Counted from the first letter of the stretch, positions 17,236 through 25,846 are shown. The stretch is DNA of 41,039 nt from Candidatus Wildermuthbacteria bacterium RIFCSPHIGHO2_01_FULL_49_22b (GCA_001823165.1 MHTT01000010.1:1-41039); one strand, 5' to 3'. The notes: generated from the sequence alone by a model not told the origin. Program-made: numbers and translations.

Positions 17236-18174
17236 TTATCCGTTATCTGCAACCCTACCTTGGCTCTGAAGGTATTCATAAGCAGAGGTTGCGGCCACCG
17301 ACCCTAAAGCGGCGGCGGTAATGTCTTGCTTGAACCTGCCAAAGTACGAGGTAGCGTCCCCCGCGGCAAACACCCCAGGAATATTCGTCTTCATCATGCT
17401 GTCCACTTTAATATAGTTCTTCTCATCTAATGCAAGCCCCAGCTGATTTGCAAGCTTTGTGTCGGGGTCAAACCCTATTTCAACAAACACTCCGTCCACC
17501 GCAAGGTCTTTTGACCCTTGGTACTCTTTGGAAAGAACCAGCTTCCCCAGAAACTTTTCGCCTACAATCTCGGCAACTTCCGTCTCGGTTAAAACCTCAA
17601 CCTTGTCTCCAAGTGCCTTCATGCGCTCTAGATTCACGGGTTCAGCTTGCACCTCCTTTCCTCTCACGATAAGATAGATTTTCTTTGCATACTCGGCCAG
17701 AAAGTTCACTCCTTTTACCGAGGAATCCCCTCCTCCAACTATGGCAACAGTTTTCTTTCCATACAGAGGACCGTCGCACGTCCAGCAGTAGTGCACACCT
17801 TTTCCGGTAAGTTCTTTCTCGTTGGGGAGATTCAGGTGGCGGCGCTGGGAGCCAGTGGCAAGGATAAGCGTGCTGCCTTGAAACTCTTTGTTTGCCGCCT
17901 TTACCACAAAACATCCTCTATCAGAAGAAATCTTCTCTGCCTTTCCCTTCTCAAACACTACTCCTAAGTTCTGTCCCTGTTCTTTCATTGCTTTCATCAA
18001 ATCGTATCCGTCAATGGACAAAATGCCAGGATAGTTCTCAATGATTCCTGCCGTTGCCGTCTCGCCCCCAAACTCCCCTTCCATAACCAGGGTCTCCATT
18101 TTATAGCGCTTGGCGTAGATTGCGGCTGACAGGCCAGCGGCCCCCGAACCTATAATGATGAGGTCATACTTCAT
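17236..18174 (-). CDS. trxB: Thioredoxin-disulfide reductase
   Basis: YDLIIIGSGAAGLSAAIYA (FAD GxGxxG), redox-active CWTCDG, and VAIVGGGDSS (NADPH site). I prefer the ATG at 18174 (MKYDLIIIG); the ORF track extends to a TTG at 18213. Confidence 0.9.
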   Translation of the reverse strand: MKYDLIIIGSGAAGLSAAIYAKRYKMETLVMEGEFGGETATAGIIENYPGILSIDGYDLMKAMKEQGQNLGVVFEKGKAEKISSDRGCFVVKAANKEFQGSTLILATGSQRRHLNLPNEKELTGKGVHYCWTCDGPLYGKKTVAIVGGGDSSVKGVNFLAEYAKKIYLIVRGKEVQAEPVNLERMKALGDKVEVLTETEVAEIVGEKFLGKLVLSKEYQGSKDLAVDGVFVEIGFDPDTKLANQLGLALDEKNYIKVDSMMKTNIPGVFAAGDATSYFGRFKQDITAAALGSVAATSAYEYLQSQGRVADNG

Positions 18175-18410
18175 ATCTGTTCCATTATACATCGCCTCTT
18201 TTACCGTTTGCAAGATAAAAGGCGCTGTTGATCAACCCGATGGGATACCCCTGTCCCGCACCCCGCACTGCCTCTCTCAACCCGACGAGCGCGGTATCGT
18301 TCTCCACGCGCACGGGAGCCCGGAACACGTACTCCAGCTCGCGCTTGAGGGGCTTTCCCACCCAGCTCGTAATGTGCAAGGAGGCGACCAGCATAAAGAA
18401 GATACATGCA

Positions 18411-19247
18411 TTACTCCAAAAGATTATTCCAATCGGTAGAAAACTTCTCCATTCCCTTGTCGGTCAGCTCGTGGAAGATGTCAAAACTCTTCCAGTCCTG
18501 TTCAAGGTTGATTTCTTTGTAGGGAATCTCATGCAAGCCGCTCTTTCCCTCTCCAGACAAAGGCATGCCCTTTTCCGCCCATTCTTTCAGAACCTTTGCG
18601 GGGGAAGTGATGATATCAGAACCCAGCTGAATCGCATAAAGGAAATGGTCCAGGTGGCGCACGGAAGCCGTCAGCACCTGAACGTGGCCGTCCCCTCTCT
18701 TGTACATTTTAATAATATTCGCAATCAAATCCATGCCATTCTCTCCCCTGTCATCGAGACGGCCGACAAAAGGAGAAACAAACACATCACCCTTCCTCAC
18801 CCCTTTAGTGGCAGCATACACGGCAGCTGCCTGCTCTTGCGTAAAGCACAGGGTCATGTTCACCCGCATGCCTTCCCGAACCGCCCTTGCTGCCGCCTGC
18901 AATCCTCCCCTGGTTAGAGGAAACTTAATGTGGGCGTTTGGAATCCAAGAAAACATCATTCTCCCTTGCTCAAGCATTTCTTCTGCCGCGGTATCCTTGT
19001 CTGCGTATACCTCAATGGAGACCGATCCTTGGGGAATCAGGCCTGAAATCTCACGGACCACGTTGTGATAAAACGAGAGAAGTTCCACCTTGGTAAATTT
19101 CCTTCCTGCGGTTTCGGGATTCTTGGAAATCAATGAGGGGTTTGTGGTTTGGCCGTCTAAAAACCCAAGAAGGTTTATTGCTTCTCTTGTTTCCTGTGGG
19201 TCTCCGCTGTCCAAAAAGATTTTGGTGTTGATGTTTTCGGGTTTCAT
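18411..19247 (-). CDS. tal: Transaldolase (short/fructose-6-phosphate-aldolase-type)
   Basis: MKPENINTKIFLDSGDPQETREAINLLGFLDGQTTNPSLISK and the catalytic-Lys context IKFPLT. Its ATG overlaps the pgl stop (ATGA). Confidence 0.85.
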   Translation of the reverse strand: MKPENINTKIFLDSGDPQETREAINLLGFLDGQTTNPSLISKNPETAGRKFTKVELLSFYHNVVREISGLIPQGSVSIEVYADKDTAAEEMLEQGRMMFSWIPNAHIKFPLTRGGLQAAARAVREGMRVNMTLCFTQEQAAAVYAATKGVRKGDVFVSPFVGRLDDRGENGMDLIANIIKMYKRGDGHVQVLTASVRHLDHFLYAIQLGSDIITSPAKVLKEWAEKGMPLSGEGKSGLHEIPYKEINLEQDWKSFDIFHELTDKGMEKFSTDWNNLLE

Positions 19248-19948
19248 GTTGGAATGTCGGTAAAAACATGGACTTCTTTCATTTCCCGCACAATGCGAGC
19301 GGGCGTCTCCCATAACGTTCCTTCCTTTACCAACATACGAGAGAGCGCCTGCCCTTTCTCTTTTCCTGCCATATACACCACAGAAAAGTCAACCTCCTGT
19401 AAAAACGGTATCGTTATGGTCGCCCGCAAGGGATGCTCGTTCCTGGAACCCGCATCATACCCCACTACCCAGTTCTTTCCCTCAAAAAGCTCAGAGAAGG
19501 CCTGCCTATCTTTGGGATAAGGCATGATGCCAAAGGTATGGCCGTCTACCCCCACACCCTGCGTAATCACAACCGTTCCTCCCGGGTGTTCTTCTTTCCA
19601 GGCGCGAATCGCATCTTCAAAGCGCTTGCTAAAAACCTGGATATCTTCTCCTGGTTGCACCCTGGTGTCAATGAAGTATGCCCCGCTTTCCTGCGCTTTC
19701 TGAAAAAAGGATGTTTCAGCTAACTGCGCAAAGTTGTTCGCCTTAGGGTTTTCAGAAAACCGCTCGTCGGTGACACCAACGGTGAGCTTTGGCGGGAAAA
19801 TCGTAATTCGTTCAAGCAATGCCAAGGAAGAGCCGCCGGACAACAAAAACAGCGTCGGCATGCGGGAATGCGCGTCTAATAATTGATTGAGTTTTTGCGC
19901 AGCTGCCTCCCCTGCTTTCTGCTTTGTTGAATATCGTTTCACCTCCAT
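19244..19948 (-). CDS. pgl: 6-phosphogluconolactonase (NagB/Pgl family)
   Basis: TLFLLSGGSSLALLERI, DERF and GVGVDGHT motifs, in a zwf/gnd/tal context. Confidence 0.75.
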   Translation of the reverse strand: MEVKRYSTKQKAGEAAAQKLNQLLDAHSRMPTLFLLSGGSSLALLERITIFPPKLTVGVTDERFSENPKANNFAQLAETSFFQKAQESGAYFIDTRVQPGEDIQVFSKRFEDAIRAWKEEHPGGTVVITQGVGVDGHTFGIMPYPKDRQAFSELFEGKNWVVGYDAGSRNEHPLRATITIPFLQEVDFSVVYMAGKEKGQALSRMLVKEGTLWETPARIVREMKEVHVFTDIPT

Positions 19949-19960
19949 ATGTATACCCTA

Positions 19961-19980
19961 ATTTTCACGATCGTAAAAAT
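19961..19980. promoter_or_regulatory. Palindrome copy A (ATTTTCACGATCGTAAAAAT)
   Basis: 20-bp dyad with one mismatched pair and core ACGATCGT. It lies 13 nt upstream of the pgl start and is flanked by gtataccctaa. Confidence 0.7.
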
Positions 19981-19984
19981 CACG

Positions 19985-20533
19985 TTATACCGGAATTTCT
20001 TTGATGATAAATAAACGGGCATATTCCCACAAATTGTACTCGCGAATCGCTTCTTCCGTTTCACGCTCTACCTTCTTTTTGCAAACCCATATACTCTTTT
20101 GAAACTCCTGGTATCCAAGAGATGCGAGAACGCTGCGAAAAATATCTCTCATCTGCCGCTGTTTTTCCGGCAAATCATACATTACCATCACCATTTTTCC
20201 ATCGTTCCGTTTTTGGCTTTCCGCAAGCTTCCAGCGAATACGGAGCGCCTCTTCCCTGCCCTTTGAAGTAAGCATAACGCCCTCTCCTTGGACTTTTATC
20301 ACTCCTCTTCGCTTCAAATCGTACACCAGCTTGCTGAATTGTTGAGCTGATCGGCGCTTCTCATATTCGCGGCGGAACTGCCGCAACTCCGGATTTACTG
20401 CCTCTTGCATTCCTCTAGGCGCAAGAACCCGATGGAAATCGTTTAATCCTTCCACCGCGCGATATACGTCCCACAAAAATTGTTCAGTAAAAGGAATCCT
20501 CATTTTAGACACGTTTATACGCAACCTTCCCAT
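19985..20533 (-). CDS. PaaX-like transcriptional regulator (winged-helix + Cas2-like ferredoxin-fold domain)
   Basis: The centre, FSKLVYDLKRRGVIKVQGEGVMLTSKGREEAL, looks like a wHTH. The C-terminus, KMVMVMYDLPEKQRQMRDIFRSVLASLGYQEFQKSIWVC, matches the Cas2/PaaX-central beta-alpha-beta pattern. Confidence 0.6.
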   Translation of the reverse strand: MGRLRINVSKMRIPFTEQFLWDVYRAVEGLNDFHRVLAPRGMQEAVNPELRQFRREYEKRRSAQQFSKLVYDLKRRGVIKVQGEGVMLTSKGREEALRIRWKLAESQKRNDGKMVMVMYDLPEKQRQMRDIFRSVLASLGYQEFQKSIWVCKKKVERETEEAIREYNLWEYARLFIIKEIPV

Positions 20534-20570
20534 CTATTCTAATTTCTACGATCGTAAGAATTAGGGTATA
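20534..20570. promoter_or_regulatory. Palindrome copy B
   Basis: ctattctaatttctacgatcgtaagaattagggtata abuts the regulator start codon. The stretch 20533-20564 is identical to copy C over 32 nt. Confidence 0.7.
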
Positions 20571-20610
20571 TCACAATCCTCCTTCGCTTCCCGTGGAACT
20601 TTTTATTCTT

Positions 20611-21150
20611 TTATTTCCTAGTCCGCAGGAATTCTTTTAGCCTGGTTACTGCGATCTTTCTCATGCTTATTTTATTCTTCTTTCTCTGATTCATCTCGGC
20701 GAATGTTTCTGAGTGTCCGTCGGGCAAAAAGATGGCATCCCACCCAAAACCCGAAGTACCTTTTTGTTGAACAATTTTCCCTGCTATTGCTCCCTCAAAA
20801 AAGTAGATTTCTTCGTGGCTTTTCGCATAACCGATAAAAGTTTTAGCCACAACTTTATCATTTCCCAACTTTTCAGCTATCCTGGTCAACCCCTCATTGC
20901 CAATTGACTTCAAAAACCATTTGATAAGGGGTCCCGGCAACCCATTAAGGCATTCTAGATAGAGCGAAGTATCTTCAACTATGAATTCTCCTTTTTGATG
21001 GTTCAATGCTTCTTGAAGTTTCGTTTTAATAATTGCCTTAGCATCAATCTCTTGAATTTCAGGCAAATCAATATCCAACTGCTCAACTTCTGGCAGAATC
21101 GCCTTCACTTCCGCAAGCTTATTTTTATTTCCCGTAATGAAGTAAATCAT
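20611..21150 (-). CDS. rdgB: Non-canonical purine NTP pyrophosphatase (RdgB/HAM1/ITPase)
   Basis: MIYFITGNKNKLAEV, FIVEDTSLYLECLNGLPGPLIKWF and GFGWDAIF motifs. Confidence 0.9.
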   Translation of the reverse strand: MIYFITGNKNKLAEVKAILPEVEQLDIDLPEIQEIDAKAIIKTKLQEALNHQKGEFIVEDTSLYLECLNGLPGPLIKWFLKSIGNEGLTRIAEKLGNDKVVAKTFIGYAKSHEEIYFFEGAIAGKIVQQKGTSGFGWDAIFLPDGHSETFAEMNQRKKNKISMRKIAVTRLKEFLRTRK

Positions 21151-21194
21151 ACTATCCCCTACTGCCTTCCTATATTATCCCAGATTGGAACACT

Positions 21195-21230
21195 CTATTC
21201 TAATTTCTACGATCGTAAGAATTAGAATAG
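21195..21230. promoter_or_regulatory. Palindrome copy C (36-bp near-perfect dyad)
   Basis: ctattctaatttctacgatcgtaagaattagaatag. The arms match except for a ga/ag swap. It lies upstream of rdgB. Confidence 0.75.
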
Positions 21231-21268
21231 AAACTTTCTAGCAGGAGCATGCGCTTATTATATCGTAT

Positions 21269-21286
21269 TTTCTACGATCGTAGAAA
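21269..21286. promoter_or_regulatory. Palindrome copy D (perfect 18-bp TTTCTACGATCGTAGAAA)
   Basis: Verified as self-complementary. It sits between the gnd stop (21300) and copy C. Confidence 0.75.
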
Positions 21287-21299
21287 TCAAGGTATAGAA

Positions 21300-22184
21300 C
21301 TACCTTTTTTCGTTTGGGTTGACGGAATGACCGCCAAACACTGCCCTCAACGTAGAAAGAATCTTGCCCGTAAAGCTGGGGCTTTTCTTTGACTTTATCC
21401 TGAAATCAAGCGCTTCCTTGATGACAGGGGTCGCAATTCCAAGCTCCCGCGCCGTCTTGAGGGTCCATTCCCCTTCTCCGGTATGGGCTACCGTTCCTGA
21501 AACCCTTGCAAGGTCTTCTCCGTATCGCTCGAATCCCTCCTGGAGCCAGTTGGTCAAACGGGAAGTGATGATGCTATTTTGGTTGTACGCCTTAGCAACA
21601 TCTTTCAAAGAAAACCGGAAGGGAGCTTTTTTCAAGAGTGCAAATCCCTCTGCGAGCGATTGGAGCATGCCGTATTCAATGCCGTTGTGCACCATCTTGG
21701 CAAAGTGCCCGGCTCCCGATTTGCCCATGTATCCAGAACGCGTGTCTGAAAGCGCCCGGAACAAAGGTCTTGTTTTCTCATATATCCTCTTTTCACCTCC
21801 CACCATGACAGCAAAGCGCCCCTGCTTTATAGAAATGGGGCCGCCTGAAATCCCGACATCCAGATAGAAGATGCCTTTCCTTTTGAGTACTGCCGCACGC
21901 TTCGCGGAATCCTTGAAAAAGGAATTTCCTCCGTCAATCACCACATCTCCTTTGTTAAGAAGCGGCGTGAGTGAGCGCAGAACCTGATCCACAAGCTTGC
22001 CTGCTGGAATCATGAGCCAGATAATGCGAGGAGGGACCGTCTTTTTGACAAGCTCCGGGAGGGAACCTGCGTTGCCTCGCACCTTTGTGTCAAACGTAAA
22101 CACGTTCCATCGCTTACGTCTGAGTCGCCAAACCATTGGTTTCCCCATCTTCCCCAAACCTATGAATCCAATCTCTTTTTTCAT
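21300..22184 (-). CDS. gnd: 6-phosphogluconate dehydrogenase, short (YqeC/Gnd-like) form
   Basis: IGFIGLGKMGKPM (Rossmann fold), DGGNS, GISGGP, GAGHFAKMVHNGIEYG. 294 aa. Confidence 0.85.
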   Translation of the reverse strand: MKKEIGFIGLGKMGKPMVWRLRRKRWNVFTFDTKVRGNAGSLPELVKKTVPPRIIWLMIPAGKLVDQVLRSLTPLLNKGDVVIDGGNSFFKDSAKRAAVLKRKGIFYLDVGISGGPISIKQGRFAVMVGGEKRIYEKTRPLFRALSDTRSGYMGKSGAGHFAKMVHNGIEYGMLQSLAEGFALLKKAPFRFSLKDVAKAYNQNSIITSRLTNWLQEGFERYGEDLARVSGTVAHTGEGEWTLKTARELGIATPVIKEALDFRIKSKKSPSFTGKILSTLRAVFGGHSVNPNEKR

Positions 22185-22224
22185 ACTTTTCTCTTTCTAA
22201 TCTTGATTCTGCCCTTTAGCCGGG

Positions 22225-23643
22225 CTAAGTTTCTATCACCGACGCTCCCCTAGGATATTGTACCAAAGGAACTCCTGTCTTGTCCCATCCGCGCAAGACG
22301 GCATCAACGAACTTCCAGCTTGCCATGATTTCTTCCGTGCTCACAAACAGGGTCTGGTCGCCCTGGATAATATTTAACAACAGCCGTTCATAGGGATCTG
22401 CAAATTCCTCTCCTTGAAAGGCCTGCTTGTAGTCAAACAAGAAGGCCCGCTCCTCAATAATCATCTCTGGACCAGGTTTTTTTACCCACAAACTCATCTC
22501 AATTCCTTCTTGCGGTTGAATATAGTAGTGCAGAATGTTACGGTAGTGCTTGTTTTCACCAGAGGGACACAGACAGGGGGTTGGATGCCGAAACACCACC
22601 TCAACTTCTACCAAATTTTCTTTCATGCCTTTTCCGCTTTCTAAAATAATAGGGACTCCTTTCCAGGCATCGTTGTCAAGAGAAGTTTGCAAGCGAAAAT
22701 AGGTTTCTGTTTGTGAATGAGGGTCCACATTTTTTTCTCTGGTGTATCCTTGGTACTGGGCTCTTCTCGTGAACTTGCTTATTTCCTTTGACTTCATGGC
22801 AGGGAGGGCTTTGAAAACTTTTACGCGTTCTCTTCTCAAGGAGTCCCCATCGAACGCTCCAGGGACTTCCATGCAAAAGAGGGCAAGCAGTTGAAGGACA
22901 TGATTTTGCCCCACATCCCGCAGCGCGCCTATCCCGTCATAGAAAGCGCCTCGCTCCCCTACTCCTTCTTTTTCAAAAAGACGAATGCTCATACCCTCAA
23001 TTCCTCTTGCATTCCAAGAGTCCTGCAAAAATGAGTTGGAAAACCGAAACGCCAAAATATTCTGCACCGTTTCCTTGCCCAAGTAGTGGTCAACCCGGTA
23101 AATCTGCTCTTCCCGAAACAGTTTTCCTAGCAATTGGTCTAATTCCTGCGCGGTTTTAAGATCCTTGCCAAATGGTTTTTCCACAATGATTCTTGTCCAC
23201 CCTTCTTGTGGACTGCAAGGTTTTGTTAAACCAGAAACAGCAAGGTTTCTCAAAATGATGTGATAGCGCTGAGGGGAAGCTGCGATGTAAAAAAGTTTGT
23301 TGGAACAGATTTTCCATTCATTATCCTTCATGCCCAAAAACTCAGCCAGGTTTCGATACCCTTCTTTTTCTTCAAACACTCCTTGCTGATACACAAAAAA
23401 CCTTGAAAAGGATTGGATGTTCTCAAGGGAATTGCGAACCTTTACCTCTGCCATCTCTCGGACCAGCTGCTGGAACTGTTCCGTGCTCAAGCTGTCTTTG
23501 GAGAAACCGACCACCTGAAACAACGAAGAGAGGTTTCCCTCTTCATAGAGATGAAAGAGCGCGGGAACGAGCTTCCTGCGCATCAAGTCCCCCGTGGCCC
23601 CCAGGATGACAAATACGGTTGGAAGGGTATCCTTGGTGTTCAT
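22225..23643 (-). CDS. zwf: Glucose-6-phosphate 1-dehydrogenase
   Basis: VILGATGDLMRRKLVPALFHL, EKPFGKDL and RVDHYLGKE are signature motifs. Confidence 0.95.
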   Translation of the reverse strand: MNTKDTLPTVFVILGATGDLMRRKLVPALFHLYEEGNLSSLFQVVGFSKDSLSTEQFQQLVREMAEVKVRNSLENIQSFSRFFVYQQGVFEEKEGYRNLAEFLGMKDNEWKICSNKLFYIAASPQRYHIILRNLAVSGLTKPCSPQEGWTRIIVEKPFGKDLKTAQELDQLLGKLFREEQIYRVDHYLGKETVQNILAFRFSNSFLQDSWNARGIEGMSIRLFEKEGVGERGAFYDGIGALRDVGQNHVLQLLALFCMEVPGAFDGDSLRRERVKVFKALPAMKSKEISKFTRRAQYQGYTREKNVDPHSQTETYFRLQTSLDNDAWKGVPIILESGKGMKENLVEVEVVFRHPTPCLCPSGENKHYRNILHYYIQPQEGIEMSLWVKKPGPEMIIEERAFLFDYKQAFQGEEFADPYERLLLNIIQGDQTLFVSTEEIMASWKFVDAVLRGWDKTGVPLVQYPRGASVIET

Positions 23644-23652
23644 TCTGCCATT

Positions 23653-24828
23653 CTATGATGATCTTCGCGCCGCATCAATCCGTGCTGCCGCCAACCGCAG
23701 GGCAACCGCTCTCGGATTTTCCCCTTTCTTCATGCTTTCTTCAAGCACCTTTCGCGTACTGTCTTGTATCCTTCGCTCCACCGTACGGAACATATCTCTT
23801 GGGTTATACCCGCGGTATTCGGCATACGAGCTGATGACCCCTCCCGCGTTCGCCACGAAGTCCGGAACGATAAGGATGCCCCGCTTGTGAAGCTCGTCTT
23901 CCACGGATTCTGGCATGGGGATATTGGCCCCCTCCACGATGACCTTCGCTTTGATGTTGTCTTTGTTCTTCTCGTGAATGACATCTGTGACCGAGGCCGG
24001 GATAAGGATGTCCACATCAAGGCCCCAGAAGTCCTCTGGAGAAATTTTCCTGCCCCCCTTGTATTCGGTGATGGGGGCCTTTTTACTCATTAACTGGCGC
24101 ATCTGCTTTTTCTCAAAGCCGTTAGGCGAATATACCGCGCCCTTGGCGTCCGCTATGGCAACCACCCTGGCCCCCATGTCGGACAGCACACTCCAGGTAA
24201 AACTTCCCACGTTTCCGAACCCATGAATGGCAACCGTGCTTTCTCGAAGATCCAGTCCTTTTAACTCAGCGGCAATTCTGGTTGCGTGCGCCACTCCAAA
24301 CCCGGTGCTCCCGAACTCATGGGGAATGCCGCACTGCTCAACCGACCCTCCTTTACCGAACATGAGCATGCAGAGCTTTGCGGGTTTTCCCGTAGCTGAC
24401 CTCCAGTTTCCCGTAGCCTCCACGAACCACTGCATCTCCCGGTCTCCCGTGTTGACGTCCGGGCCCGCGATGTATTTTTTCGGGGTAAGCTCCGCAATTG
24501 CCTTGGCGTACGCTTGCACGTACTGCTTTTTTAAAAAATCGGGGCCTCCCTTTTTACCCGCCGAAGCCTCGGCGGAGGCGGGCCACACAATGCCTCCTTT
24601 TGCTCCCCCGAACGGGAGCCCGGCCAGGGAATTCTTAAACGTCATGGCCCGCGCCAGGCGCCGGACCTCTTGCTCCGTCACGTCGGGGGTCATCCTGATG
24701 CCTCCCTTCCCCGGCCCCAGAACCATGCTGTCAATCACTAAAAATCCGGTCATCCCCAAAGCCGGGTCATACACCCTTATTACAAGCTCGGGTCCCCACT
24801 TGTCATATGCTTTTTCTTCCATAATCAC
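23653..24828 (-). CDS. Glu/Leu/Phe/Val dehydrogenase family (glutamate dehydrogenase-like)
   Basis: GPGKGGIRMTPDVT...FKNSLAGLPFGGAKGGI and HGFGNVG (Rossmann fold). Confidence 0.9.
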   Translation of the reverse strand: MIMEEKAYDKWGPELVIRVYDPALGMTGFLVIDSMVLGPGKGGIRMTPDVTEQEVRRLARAMTFKNSLAGLPFGGAKGGIVWPASAEASAGKKGGPDFLKKQYVQAYAKAIAELTPKKYIAGPDVNTGDREMQWFVEATGNWRSATGKPAKLCMLMFGKGGSVEQCGIPHEFGSTGFGVAHATRIAAELKGLDLRESTVAIHGFGNVGSFTWSVLSDMGARVVAIADAKGAVYSPNGFEKKQMRQLMSKKAPITEYKGGRKISPEDFWGLDVDILIPASVTDVIHEKNKDNIKAKVIVEGANIPMPESVEDELHKRGILIVPDFVANAGGVISSYAEYRGYNPRDMFRTVERRIQDSTRKVLEESMKKGENPRAVALRLAAARIDAARRSS

Positions 24829-25628
24829 AGATAATTGAGCAACGCCTCGTAATTAATGAAATCAAACAGCCGATAGGCGGCTCCCAGCCACCAGGCAAAC
24901 TTGTTCGTGAACATGACGATACCAAGGAATATCAGGAACGCGCCGCCTGCGACCCCGACCCAGTTCAAATACTTTCCCAGTTTGGTGAGATGTGCGGAAG
25001 CCCACCCGATTCCCAGGGCAACCGCCAAGAAAGGAACGGCTAATCCCAAAGAAAACACCATGAGCAAGAGGGCCCCTTGCCCCACTGTGGCAGAGGAAGC
25101 CGCCAGGGTAAGAACGGAGCCCAAGATGGGCCCCACGCACGGGCTCCAGCCCAAGGCAAAAGTACCCCCAAACAAAAAGGAGGTGCCGGGAGTCCCCGGC
25201 TTTAATCCCCGTGCAAGAGACACCTGTCGCTCATTTAACAGCAAGCTGAATGGAAAAATTCTATAGAGATTCAGCCTCCCTTGCGTAAGGGAGGATATTG
25301 CTGGAACCAGAAGAAACAACCCGAATAAAATAACAAAAACGCCGCCGATTTGCGCAATCACTCCCCGGTACTGGAAGAATAATCCTCCTCCCAATCCAAA
25401 TAAACTCCCCAGGATAATGAATATGGCGCTAAATCCAAGAACATAGAACAGGCCGTTTAAAAAAATCCTAAGCCGAGCTCCTTTCGCCCTCGCAGGGTCT
25501 TGTAAATCCCTGGCTGAAGTTCCAGAAATAAAGCTCAAGTATCCCGGCACCAGGGGCAGGATGCAGGGAGCCAAAAAAGTAAGGATGCCAGCAATAAATG
25601 CGGGGATAATAAGACCAAGAGGGTCCAT
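24825..25628 (-). CDS. ccdA: Cytochrome c biogenesis/thiol-disulfide transporter CcdA (DsbD TM domain family)
   Basis: FIAGILTFLAPCILPLVPGYLSFISG and a second GWSPCVGPILGSVL motif, with 6-7 TM helices. Its stop overlaps the gdh ATG (ATGA). Confidence 0.9.
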   Translation of the reverse strand: MDPLGLIIPAFIAGILTFLAPCILPLVPGYLSFISGTSARDLQDPARAKGARLRIFLNGLFYVLGFSAIFIILGSLFGLGGGLFFQYRGVIAQIGGVFVILFGLFLLVPAISSLTQGRLNLYRIFPFSLLLNERQVSLARGLKPGTPGTSFLFGGTFALGWSPCVGPILGSVLTLAASSATVGQGALLLMVFSLGLAVPFLAVALGIGWASAHLTKLGKYLNWVGVAGGAFLIFLGIVMFTNKFAWWLGAAYRLFDFINYEALLNYL

Positions 25629-25668
25629 AGATTACACTATAACGTCTACGGTAAAGCCAAAACAGCAT

Positions 25669-25836
25669 TCATATGTTTTCTGGGGCTTGCCCGTGTGAGG
25701 TAATCTCCAGGTTGCAGCTGTGGTGCGCCACGCACCATGCCTCGCACTTCTCGGCCAGTTCTCTTGTCTCGTATCGGTACCCGCACGCCTCGCATATATA
25801 CTCTTTTTTACCCTCTTTTTCGGCCTCTTTGACCAT
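25669..25836 (-). CDS. Cys-rich 55-aa protein (zinc-ribbon-like; not in the ORF track)
   Basis: My own translation gives MVKEAEKEGKKEYICEACGYRYETRELAEKCEAWCVAHHSCNLEITSHGQAPENI, with the pattern CxxC...CxxxC..HH.C. It starts 10 nt after the grx stop. Confidence 0.55.
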   Translation of the reverse strand: MVKEAEKEGKKEYICEACGYRYETRELAEKCEAWCVAHHSCNLEITSHGQAPENI

Positions 25837-25846
25837 AGTAATCGTG

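Noticed and set aside
18228-18917. 229-aa plus-strand ORF
   Set aside because: It is entirely antisense to the transaldolase gene, which has strong motifs. It has no domain signal and a skewed composition.
24227-24838. 203-aa plus-strand ORF
   Set aside because: It is antisense to the Glu/Leu/Phe/Val dehydrogenase gene. The translation is Pro/Ser-rich and non-protein-like.
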